This document shows, piece after piece, positions 11,377 to 21,754 of a stretch of DNA of 64,000 nt (position 1 is its first letter; each line of letters opens with the position of its first letter). Position numbers and translations under genes: made by a program. The DNA lies in the NCBI GenBank assembly GCA_002633005.1, contig NMRA01000040.1, forward strand, positions 1,237,805 through 1,301,804, written 5' to 3'. The stretch comes from Phoronis australis (lineage: Eukaryota; Animalia; Phoronida). Below the pieces are notes generated by a model that ran no database searches, had not been told where the DNA came from, and saw nothing but the letters and a program-made list of their open reading frames with translations.

Positions 11377-14300
11377 CTGAAATGACAAAAATTTTCATTA
11401 AAACTGCATTTTCCTTTTGAGGTCTGCTTCATGAAAATGACTGGTAACGGAAGTTGTCTACCCTTACACTTCACAATTACTCAGAAAATGCTAAGCAAGG
11501 AATTGTGAGCCAATCACAGTCTAGAAATACTTAACAGAAATTTTCAGTAACTGACATTTCTCAGAGACTTTGCAATTTTGCTTAAGTGAGATTTAATTGT
11601 TTTTTTTTGAGAAATAATAATGTGGAGCAGAAAACCAATTTCTGTCGTGGGTGTTAAGTCACTGCTTAGCGATTCAAAAAGCCAAAGTCAATACTCGGTC
11701 CCTTACCTCTAACACGTCATAAACTGGTCTTCACCATGATTGGACATTATTTCCAGTACTATGGAAAACGTACCGAGAGAAAAAGCTTCAGAAAATAAAC
11801 AACATATAGATGGCCGGCCCTTTGGAAATTTCAACACTGCTTTTGGTGATTTGAACAACTGAATATACGACAAGATATTTTAAAAGGAAAAGCATAACAT
11901 TTCAGTGTTACCCTAATCCTTTATTATTAAAATACAAATCCCTGTTAAATCAAAGGAAACAGCATCTATAACAGGTTAAGGAAACAACATAACTGCCCTC
12001 TTCAGTTTGAAAGACTGAACTACATGTTGGTTGATTGTTGATGGTGCAATCAGGACTAAGTGGAAAGAACATGCAGCTGTGAAATCTGAACTGGGCCATT
12101 ATTACTGGAAAATGTGTTCAGCCAGCAACACATTAATGCATTCCCAAACTGTAGGCCGTATTCCAAAGCATTTAATAGAGGTCTCGGCATCTCACATCTT
12201 TCTATATGTGTTCGCACAAGTTGGTATTTATTACTCTCCTAGCAACAACAACATACATGAATAAATGTAGGTTGTTTACACGCGAATATGTGGTTTACAT
12301 TATTGCACTGTGCTTTTGTCAGACACTGTGCCATCACAAGACCATACGTTGTTGCAAACAAATGAGAGGACAATGAGGAAGCTGGAACCGACACTAAGCT
12401 GACGTGGTTCTCAGTTGCACATGCGTATTTCAATCAGCAAAAAGAGATGGTACCTCATAATGATAACAATAACAGCACACTCACTGTCACATGACCCAAA
12501 TTTCTCCATACATTCTTCCACCATGTCTTTCAAATGTGACAGCCGTAGCAGATCCAACAACTTGATAACCTCCCCATACTTGCCCACATTCAGAACTCCC
12601 TTCTGTTGCAGCTGAATGAGTAAGTCGTAAGCTGTCCTGATGTTCAACAACTCTGACAGCCTGCTTGAGGAGGAAACAATTCGGTATTACAGTTCACTAG
12701 TACAGCAAAATTTAGAGGGTGAACATATTACAATATTTTGAAAAACAAGAGCAATGCAACTCCTTAATAAGCATCACTCACAACTGCATCACAAATTGTA
12801 TGATTATAGGGGAATTTGTTACTGTTATAAAAATAGCCACTAGGTGGAGCTGAATATGTTGAATTAGTTATAAGTAAGGGGCAGAACTACAAAGAACACA
12901 TCTACACGGTTGCCAGCCATCTTTATTCCTTCCCACAATTCCCTAACAATCCCATAATTCAAAGCACACAGGGTATACAGAAGCGAACAGGTACACTACA
13001 CATGAATACAAAATTGAAGGAAAGAGATGCTATACAATAGAATCAATCTGAAAATAGGACGGCTTCATCATCTCCCTAATAGAAATCTATTTGTTAAGCA
13101 GAATAGAACTGTCTCAAGGGGACACTGTTGGCATGGCTACAAAATTAAACCTATTTCGTAAAATTGGTCTCGTAATAATCCTTACCATTACACGATTCTT
13201 TTTCCATTACTGACAAGAAAATTGAAACCCTTACCAACTCAAGAAAACGCTTTATACATTATTAGGTTTAGCCAACCTTAAAATTGTGAATATGAGCATC
13301 TGACACACTGCCCTCCCATTTTAGAGACTGGTAAAGGAAATGGAATCAACACAGTAAGAAGACCAATTTCAAGAGATGAAAGGGCTAAAATCAGTTCTTA
13401 GTTTTTTTAGCCAACTGAACAGGTCTGAATGCAGCTTGAAACGATAACCCACCCTATCCAAGGACGGCACACCTCACGTAATCTGATGAACTCGTCGGTG
13501 TCCAGGTGAAAGTCAAATGCACGCAACAGCTTCTCATGCAGATCCTGGCTTGTAACTCTGTCTAGAAGGTCAGGCTGAAACCAAATACTAATGTCATTAT
13601 AAAGATCCATTCATGGGGAGCAGTGCCATTTTGAGGTATTATGGCTCACTTCTCTAACACTAAAGGGTTCTTTCACTCTTATTGTTACATTTTGAAAAGA
13701 AATGAAAAGAACAATTCTTAAAAGTGGAAGTGTTTCATGATGAAGAACCAAACAATGCAAACACTGTGTGTCTGGCTGGCTGAATAACTTAGGTCTTAGT
13801 TTTATTACATGTTATGAACATCATTGCTTTGCTCAAGTCTAGTGCTATGTACGAGGCTGGGACTAACCATGAGAAGGTTTCTTGGCAATAAGACATGGTT
13901 AAAACATCACCAAGACCCATTTTGACCTATTTTGACTAGGGGACAATTTATGACTCATTTCATAATGAAAAATGGTCTAAATTAAAAGTTGGCTTTGTGA
14001 CTGAAGATGAATTTATAGCCACTTTATAAACACACAACAAGAAGACATTTGCCTCACTGTGAGTTACATGATGACCTCGCAGTGACCTCGCATCTCTTAC
14101 CTCACACACCGTATTCTTCCTCATGCGCAGATCACCTTTTCTTACAACAGCCGGGTAGACACAGACCAAGTCCTCTACGGGGGCAGGTTTCCATGACAAC
14201 ATCACCTCGAAGTTGGACATGTACAGAAGGTGAGGTTGACACTGTGTACAGCACCGTTGAAACCACTGTGTGGCTCCCTCACATCTTGGTGATCTGTGAA

Positions 14301-17300
14301 CCATTGACTCACAGCCAGCGATGATCAGTTGTTCCACCAACGTACTGCTTCGGAGTGACTGGTGATTCCTGTCTGAAGCCTCTTGTCCATAGCACATTCT
14401 GATTTTGTTGACTATCTTCACGATTCTGGCTACGGACTCATGGGTACGGGACCAGTGGTTACTGATGCCCAGTTGGGCCAAGTCAACCAGGCGGTCATGA
14501 ACGCGCAATGTCCAAGTGTTCGTCTCCTCACACAAGGAGACCATCTTTAACAACGGCTGTCCATTGACGACAGCATCAGATGGGAAACCAAATTCGAGTT
14601 TCGCCGGGTCAAGTAACGTTGTCCCTGGCAACAGACAGTCCAAGATCTGCTTACATGTCAGTAGCTTCTCATCAGAAGACGATTCTTCCGTTACCATGGA
14701 AATACCAAACATACAGTGCTGCTTCTCTATATCACTGCAGGTCTCCTTTTGACATGATGGGAAAAAGTACTCAACGATGGCTGAGAAACAGGTTAAGTCA
14801 ACACTTGGATGGTGCTCTTCAACTATGTGCTTTAAATCCACCGAGGCGTTGCAAGCTTCAACCAAGTTCTCGACAATCCTGTGAAAGAGTTAAAGGGAAC
14901 TAATCAACTTGTCGGACAAAAAATGCATTTTTGCGATTATTGTTGCAAGCTTTTTGGTTAGAGCTGAGGAGGCAAAGTTCAGAGGTGAGGAGGCAAAGTT
15001 CAGAGGTGAGGAGGCAAAGTTCAGAGGTGAGGAGGCAAAGTTCAAAGGTGACGAGGCAGTGTGGCCTAATGGGATAAGTGCCCACTCCCTTTACTCACGA
15101 TCGCGATTCAAGTCCCACTTTAGCACATTGCTAGACCCTTGAGTAAGGTCTCTAGCTACTCAGCTTGGATTTTACTACATATTGATCAAAATGCTTCCAG
15201 GTGGCCAGTGCCATGGGCCCAAGTGAGCGGCCTGCGTATGTCTGATACAATGTGAACCAGACCAACAGCAAATCAAGGCATCTAACAAAGCATTATTCTG
15301 TGACTGCTGAACCAGTGAGTTTGAATCCATTTCAGGCCAGATCTCAATCACTTCCCCCATCGACTGTTTCACTTTAAAAGAGCCTACTGACTATCAACTA
15401 TCCCTGACATTCAATCGGAAACTAAGATTATATATATATATATCTGCAGTTTACAAAACCAAATGCTTTCCCCAGCTATTAAGAAAATCGGCAATAAAAC
15501 AAGAAATTTGTTTTTTGGATAGTTCAAGTGTTTTCACGGGATAAAAATCCAAGCCTGGCTCAAATTCTTCATCATGTTGTTGTCTCCCAATCCTCGTTTC
15601 TGCAACAGTCCATATTATGATCACTCGTGTACAGTAGATCAAGACATGTAAAGCTATTAAAGTGGCTACAGAAACACCCTCCGTCAATGAAACTAACTTT
15701 TGATTGTGGCCGCTAACTATATTGCAATAGAAATGATCTCATCTCGTCCCTTATTGAGATGAGATGTGATTTTCGGTCAAGAATACACAAAACTGACACT
15801 TCGTTATTGCTCGAGACAATAATGGGCAAACAAATATGGCATGGCAAGTCAACAGGTGGCGCTGATAGCCATTCAAGAGAACACGCAGACGTCAACCACA
15901 GTTGCTAGCTTTCTCGCAGGACACTTGAATTAACATAGTGTCAAAAGCTGTTTTCAAAGTTATCTGTTTGACAAACATTAAGCAAAGTAAACACTACAGG
16001 AACGTCTCAAGTCCTGGCACAATTCAACACTTACCACGAAACAGCGTGGGTATCTTTAAAAGGCGTTAATGAGCTCTGTACTGGTTTTGGGGTTGTGCCG
16101 CTGTCGTTCACAGTATGCGACACATGATCAGATCTCTCCGCATTTACCTGCTGCTTAAGGCAAGGCTGTGCTGATAGCTTGTTAACAGTATTAGACACAG
16201 GCAGATCTGTAAAATATAAACCGCTTTGCACATTTAGATGTTACAGAGCACAATACGAGGAGACAAATTTCATAATAGGAAGTGGTTTTAGTCAACTATT
16301 TTGGAGCAACAGAGAAGTAAGCAGAGAACTTAGAATCCTTCTGCAATAATTGTAAGGGCCCGATCGTGTTCGTCTGGAAATTCATGGAGTTGCAAAATAA
16401 AATAATTTGAAAGGGGAGACAGGACAAAAACTTCAATGCAATGGCTCACATGACCAAAGCATGGCAGAGAGAGAGAGCTTTTGATGTCAATTTTCAAAAT
16501 GAAAGAAACTTGACTGGCATACATCAACTGGAGAACTTCAACTATGTGGTTGTGTAAGCTGAAATGCACAAGGGTCGGAAAGGATAGCGTGATTGGTTAA
16601 TACTGATTGTCAGCATTCTCTCATCCGGCTGGAAAAAGAACCCAAATGACAGCCACTGGTAATTTAGGTTCATATTAAAAGGTCAATATATTCACATTCC
16701 AAACTACCACGCTCCTGAAAATGAGCCCCGGATGAACACTGCAACAGGTTTAGTGTGCACGTTCACACGTTCAGTGGAATAGTTCCAGACATGTGGACAC
16801 TCTTGCACAGATTCAGGCTAATGCCAATGACATGTTGATTGTACAGTAATTTTTAATTTATTCAGCACACAATGTGGCTGACCAGTTCCATTCTGTCAAA
16901 TTTCTTCACAAAAAATTAAAATTGAGGAAATTTTAGTCTATTATTAGTGTGATTTGGAGTATGTAGATGTGATAAAACAACTTTTTGAAGTGAAATACCT
17001 TTATTTTTGTGCAAAAAAGTGGAAATTACCGTCATCAACTAACAACACCTGTGAACCATTCATAAATTGACTAAAGCGAAAACATCTTCTCGACCTGGGG
17101 TATAGCATTCAGTATTACTCAAACTATAATGAAAAAGTACAAGATATTACCTTTGATCAGTACTGTAGATATCTTATGCAGTGAACTGCGTCTTTCCTCA
17201 GTCTTAATGGCAGGGACTGGATTACGTGAAGCTGATGTTGGAGCAATATGCCTTTCTTTTGGCGGCCGTCTTTTTGATGCCACCCTTTTTGGGGGGTTGG

Positions 17301-20300
17301 GCACATCAAATATCGTTGGCACCGCATTCCAATTCAGTCTATTTTTATGAATATTTGTAAACATCATGTCTTCAAAGTGATCTGCGCACAGCCTGAAACA
17401 ATTGTTTAAGAAGGCGGCATCTTTCTTCATCAGGTCAGCCCTCCTGCTGTTGATGACCCAACGCTTGCACCTAACATAAACAAGATGGAGGACATGGTAA
17501 AATCACACAAATACAAGGGACACAAATCTTACAAGAAAAAATACAAGGGAAACAATTCTTACAAGTATATGGCATTTCACAGGGCTTGGAATGAACAATG
17601 ACAAAAAAGGAAAAATTTCCGCAAATAAATGGGTCTGTGTGATAGAAACGATTTTGTGTTGTAAAACTTAAGTGAAATAAATGTTTTTGCATAAATAAAG
17701 TCAAATTAATGATAAAAAGAGAGCAAGAAGAGAAAACTTGGTATCAAATAAGAGGAAATTGAAACTAAAAAGATGAAATCCTCTGAAAAGAGGAAAACTC
17801 CAATCCATGATTTCAGCAACAACGAAAAAAGCTACATTTCGTCGTGGCTCAACCAGGGACTTTCTTTCTCTTGAGTCACTCAATATGTTATCTAATGGAG
17901 GTTCGCGGGATGTGTTCATGATATTCAGGCGGGTGACCTCTGTTTGACCTCAAAAATATAGACTGTAATGGCATTCAGTCTACCATACCGTTGATGTAAC
18001 AAAGGAAAATTTGAAAAAAAGTTTATTGCAGGAGTATTACTTCGAGTGGGAAAGACTTCTGGTGTCAACACAAACGGTAAACAGTAGCACCATCTCAACT
18101 GGCCGCAGTAGACAGTTATTCAAATCACCTGGCACCAGTAGTGTAAACATCACTGTTCTAAAAAAGTGGGAGTATTTGTTCAAGCTGAAGAGTTAGACAT
18201 CAACAGTCAACGATCATGAAATTCGTGGTTGTGAGGCATAATTCCCTGAAAACCTTCCGACTGGGCAGGCGCTCTCATCAGCCACTCGCTGTTATGTACT
18301 ATAATAACTTTATTTAGAATCATAAGTGCGGGTGATTAAAGGTGCCTGTGTATGGAAGGCCTTAGCCTTGGTACAAAGCTGTATACTAAATATACAGCTT
18401 TGCGCCGATGTGGGTAAAAAATGACCAGATAAAATATGACACAAAATTAGTGTCATTAAAAACTACCCACTTATTTGAGTAAACAAAATTATTTTCTGGT
18501 TTTGGAAAAATTGGCATTCTAACGTTATTCTGCTGCTAAAGTTGTGGCGCGATCTGCGTCGGCTTTCAGCGCCATGAAATATAGTGTCACTTATTAAGCA
18601 GTTTCTTTTTTCACCGATTCTTTAATCAACTGTCACAAGGTTGCGTACACATCACAACAAATTATGGGAACTGGTTTCACTTCAGTATAACTTTTTAGAA
18701 TTTTGAGACTGAAAAACCGAATTTCAGAATAAATTTTGCTGCTGCCAAGCTATCACTATCTCCCGAGAGATGTCGCAAAAATTTAAGAAATGGCGCGCGT
18801 GTGTGTCACGAGTGTACTGTTTTCGAAACGACGACGTAACTTTTCTTTGTAAGAAAAGGCGGAGGGCTACGCAATAAAATGACGTTCATTAGATTGTTTT
18901 GCACTTAAACGCCTGTAATGGGCACGGTGAGCGTATGTTGAATCCCAGATTTTGCAAGCAACCCGTCCGGTCTTTAGCTTTACATGTCCATACAGGTTTC
19001 ACAGCAAGGTGACGAGTAGAACTACCCTGGCTGTGTGCAATTTCGGGGTCAACGGAAGAAAAACACTCAGTGGTACCTAGCTGTATTTTGATGACATTCT
19101 TCATACGGCTATGTCTATGGGATGACTACGTCAGTACTGTTTACAATGACGGGGCACAAGACTACAATCTATACATCACTGCATGAGCTGCATTGAAAAG
19201 AGTATGGATAGAGGTTATTGCTTACAATATGACTCTATCAACGTACATTTAGTGAAGCAGCCATTTTTAAAAGTGCGACACATTTTGGCAGGATTGATAA
19301 CGGTTAACCTAGAGTGAAGTTGGTTCGATGCACAATGTGTTTCTGCGTTAGCAGATTTTACCCTGCCAGTGATATTAGTTATCGTATTACCTAATTCCAG
19401 TTGTTTTAAACAGTTTTTGTCTCCGAGACAACACATGTCTGCCATATAACATGAGCCGAAATCATGTCCGCGAGATGTCACGTGTTTTCGAGGAAGATAT
19501 TTGTCCGCGAGAACACGCACTCTCGTGTTTTTTCTTAAGAAGTTTTGAAGAGGCAATCCTTTATAAATTACTATTACTGTTTTTTAATAAGAGTTTCCCT
19601 AATGTGCCACGCGGTCAGTCTTCAATATACTAGCCAATTTTGGGGTCTTTGACACACACGTGATCTTTGTAGTTATCATTCCTGCCAAGAGGTCTTGCAG
19701 TTTGAGATCGGCTGTCAGAAAAGAACACCTCGTAAAAACAAAAAATGCATGAATAAGGAGAGCCTTATCTGTACGAGTAATACATTTTTGGATTCACCAT
19801 GATCACCATGGTGAGTGGATTCAGAAAATATTCATATAATGTATGTACGTTAATTGAGTCGGACTGTAAACAGTAACCTGGATGGGAATAAGCAAAATTC
19901 AGTCCGAAGACTTCGAAGTTCCCGCGACTCACACACCGGCGACAAGGACGAATGCCATTGCCGCTGCGGCATTGCTCATGCCTCAGTCCACAGGCGTCCT
20001 CAGCTGACAGTCCCCAATACACTACATATAGTAGTATTATATGTAGTGTATTGGGGACGCGATCAGAAGCTGAGGACGCCTGTGCCTCACTCCCTCACTC
20101 AGTCATGCCATGGACTGGTGCCCCAGATTCGGCGGTGTGGAACTTGTGCAAAACGGAACGCATATTTAGTAAAATGTACTCTGTTACATTACTCCTACCT
20201 CTCCGGATCTTTTGGAAAACGAAAAAAGGATTGTGTCGCGTGCTTTCTCGAAGTTTTTAAGCAATTAATTGCGCAGCACCTAATACCAGATCGTCTCGGA

Positions 20301-20305
20301 CCCAT
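11111..20305 (-). CDS. 7-exon gene for a ~646-aa THAP / winged-helix-like+Cys-rich / DED / RHIM-like-repeat protein: join(20199-20305, 17151-17470, 16035-16206, 14101-14878, 13453-13574, 12485-12660, 11111-11376)
   Basis: All six introns are GT-AG with pyrimidine tracts. Phases 2,1,2,0,2,1 match on both sides of every intron. Total 1941 nt = 646 codons + stop, with no internal stops. The THAP domain is split across exons 1-2 and the DED across exons 5-6. Confidence 0.75.
11119..11238. repeat. 30-bp tandem repeat x4 (coding on the minus strand)
   Basis: CATTTGATTGGTTCCCTATGACCACATCCA units with 1-3 substitutions. Confidence 0.95.
12485..12660 (-). CDS. Exon 6: DED helices 3-6
   Basis: LSELLNIRTAYDLLIQLQQKGVLNVGKYGEVIKLLDLLRLSHLKDMVEECMEK. 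Acceptor TCCTCAAGCAG|, donor ACA|GTGAGT. Confidence 0.8.
13453..13574 (-). CDS. Exon 5: DED helices 1-2
   Basis: PDLLDRVTSQDLHEKLLRAFDFHLDTDEFIRLREVCRPWI(G). Acceptor GGTTTCAG|, donor GG|GTGGGT. Confidence 0.75.
14101..14878 (-). CDS. Exon 4: central domain (RFX-like winged-helix pattern followed by a Cys-rich putative Zn-binding region)
   Basis: 778-nt open exon, acceptor CTCTTTCACAG|, donor GAG|GTAAGA. Contains FSAIVEYFFP...KQHCMFGIS and MCYG...RSPRC...RCCTQC. The domain identity is inferred. Confidence 0.75.
14960..15059. repeat. 21-bp minisatellite x~4.7 (intron 3)
   Basis: AGAGGTGAGGAGGCAAAGTTC units. Confidence 0.95.
16035..16206 (-). CDS. Exon 3: low-complexity linker
   Basis: Acceptor TTTTACAG|, donor GTG|GTAAGT. 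Phases 1 and 2 bridge exons 2 and 4. DLPVSNTVNKLSAQ...THAVSW. Confidence 0.65.
17151..17470 (-). CDS. Exon 2: C-terminal half of the THAP domain (THAP12/PRKRIR-like) plus a basic NLS-like tract
   Basis: CKRWVINSRRADLMKKDAAFLNNCFRLCADHFEDMMF...LNWNAVPTIFDVPNPPKRVASKRRPPKER. The C2CH ligands and AVPTIF box are complete. Acceptor TTATGTTAG, donor AAAG|GTAATA. Confidence 0.9.
18374..18402. repeat. Short perfect inverted repeat (12-bp arms, 5-nt loop)
   Basis: CAAAGCTGTATA-ctaaa-TATACAGCTTTG. Confidence 0.8.
19989..20084. repeat. 96-bp fold-back (21-bp + 17-bp perfect stems) in intron 1 of the THAP-DED gene
   Basis: GTCCCCAATACACTACATATA (20010-20030) pairs with 20038-20058. CACAGGCGTCCTCAGCT (19989-20005) pairs with 20068-20084. 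Confidence 0.9.
20199..20305 (-). CDS. Exon 1: N-terminal half of the THAP domain
   Basis: MGPRRSGIRCCAINCLKTSRKHATQSFFRFPKDPE(R), donor AG|GTAGG. Too short to appear in the ORF track. Confidence 0.85.
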
Positions 20306-20784
20306 GATCACTTCCGCTTCGGTCGAGTATTGTGTTTGTTCGACACTTGGAGGCGCTGGGAATCGTTTCTTGATTGTCTATGGTTGCAAACAGTCCCATG
20401 GGGACACCCACTATAAGCCAGAAGTTCCCTAAATCTTTTGTATTTGTTTCGCTTTTTACCGACAGGTGAAATATGTTTCTATCATTTTATATTGATTATG
20501 AGCCCCTCTTTGACTAATGACACTATCTTATAACAAAGACGGTCTCTGTTTATAATTTAACTAAAAACTGAGCCCTTAATGCAGTCAACGGTGATAGAAA
20601 GTAGCCTAGGCCCTAGTAGGGGCGTTGCATGAAAATATCCCTCGAGTTGTATCAAAGCCTAAAATTGACTTAGTAAAGAGGCTCAAACAGCACAAGAAAT
20701 GACAATCAATGTTTCCCACATTTTAATTTGAATGTGTGACGGAATCGTACATTGTATGATATTCACATAAGACAATGATTCTTA

Positions 20785-20789
<5 letters not shown>

Positions 20790-20876
<87 letters not shown>
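20790..20876. repeat. (GT)n microsatellite
   Basis: Perfect GT/TG run of about 87 bp. Confidence 0.99.
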
Positions 20877-20878
<2 letters not shown>

Positions 20879-21754
20879 CTCAGGCCTTAGTGGCTGTCAC
20901 TCAGTAATATAGTTATCATTTTTCCGACTGTTGTGTTTCGCTGAACGTTGATTTTGAGGAAACTCAATACCAAATAGTTGGTCAGGATAAACTTACACGT
21001 CACTTTGATTGTGTGTGGCATTTCTGTTCGGTCATGTTATTGACACCTCTCACTCACTATAATATTGATTTTAATTTCTAGGCACTTGTTCTGTTCTCTG
21101 TCAGTCAGGTGCAGAATCTACAACTACATGTGATTTTTCTTGTGGGTTTCAGAATGGATCCCCATAACATTAATTGAGTAATTACTGTTTTATCTTGCCC
21201 CTGAAAAATCATGTTGAGCACTTTCTGTCACCATAATTTAGATTATAATGAGTCTTTAAGTTCAAATAATAATGAAAACTGGTGTTCCTATCCGTGAGAA
21301 AGTTAACTTCAATTTAGAAGACAACACCGAAAATGAGCTGATCAGTCATTACTGGTAAGCACTTATAGCCCTACATGTACATCAATATTAAAACGTGTTG
21401 CAGCTTAGTTATCCAAAGTGAGAGATCTTCAATACTTCATTTTTGTTTTCTTCAGCGCATTTGAGTGTTGAAACTCTTATTTTTCACCTTCTTTTGTCCG
21501 TTAATAATTGATCATATTTCCTCTGTATTTAGGTCAGTCATTATCACCTGACTTTCCTTATTACGTCTTCCAATACATATGTGTTTTGTATTCACTTGCA
21601 ACAGAGCTAACCCAAGACTGAATTTATATGTTGCGCTTTTCAACTAAGTTGCTATTTATTTACTTGTAAGCGAGCCTATGATATAATTATGTTGTTTAAA
21701 AATTATTCCCCTAATTGTCCAGACTACCGTATTCATTTAACAACCCTTGAATTG

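Noticed and set aside
14900-15142. ORFs with EEAKFRG / ELCLLTS repeats
   Set aside because: These are translations of an intronic 21-bp minisatellite, with no splice sites needed for the gene model.
15175-15895. Extra exons of the THAP-DED gene (ORFs 15175-15372, 15451-15687, 15713-15895)
   Set aside because: I found no clear phase-2/phase-2 acceptor-donor pair, and the model is already in frame without them. Minor alternative exons cannot be excluded.
19215-19556. ORF MADMCCLGDKNC... as a transposase N-terminus inside intron 1
   Set aside because: It looks like a decayed element fragment, but I could not define TIRs or a diagnostic motif.
19854-20432. 192-aa plus-strand ORF
   Set aside because: No recognisable motif. 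It overlaps a hairpin repeat and lies antisense to THAP exon 1.
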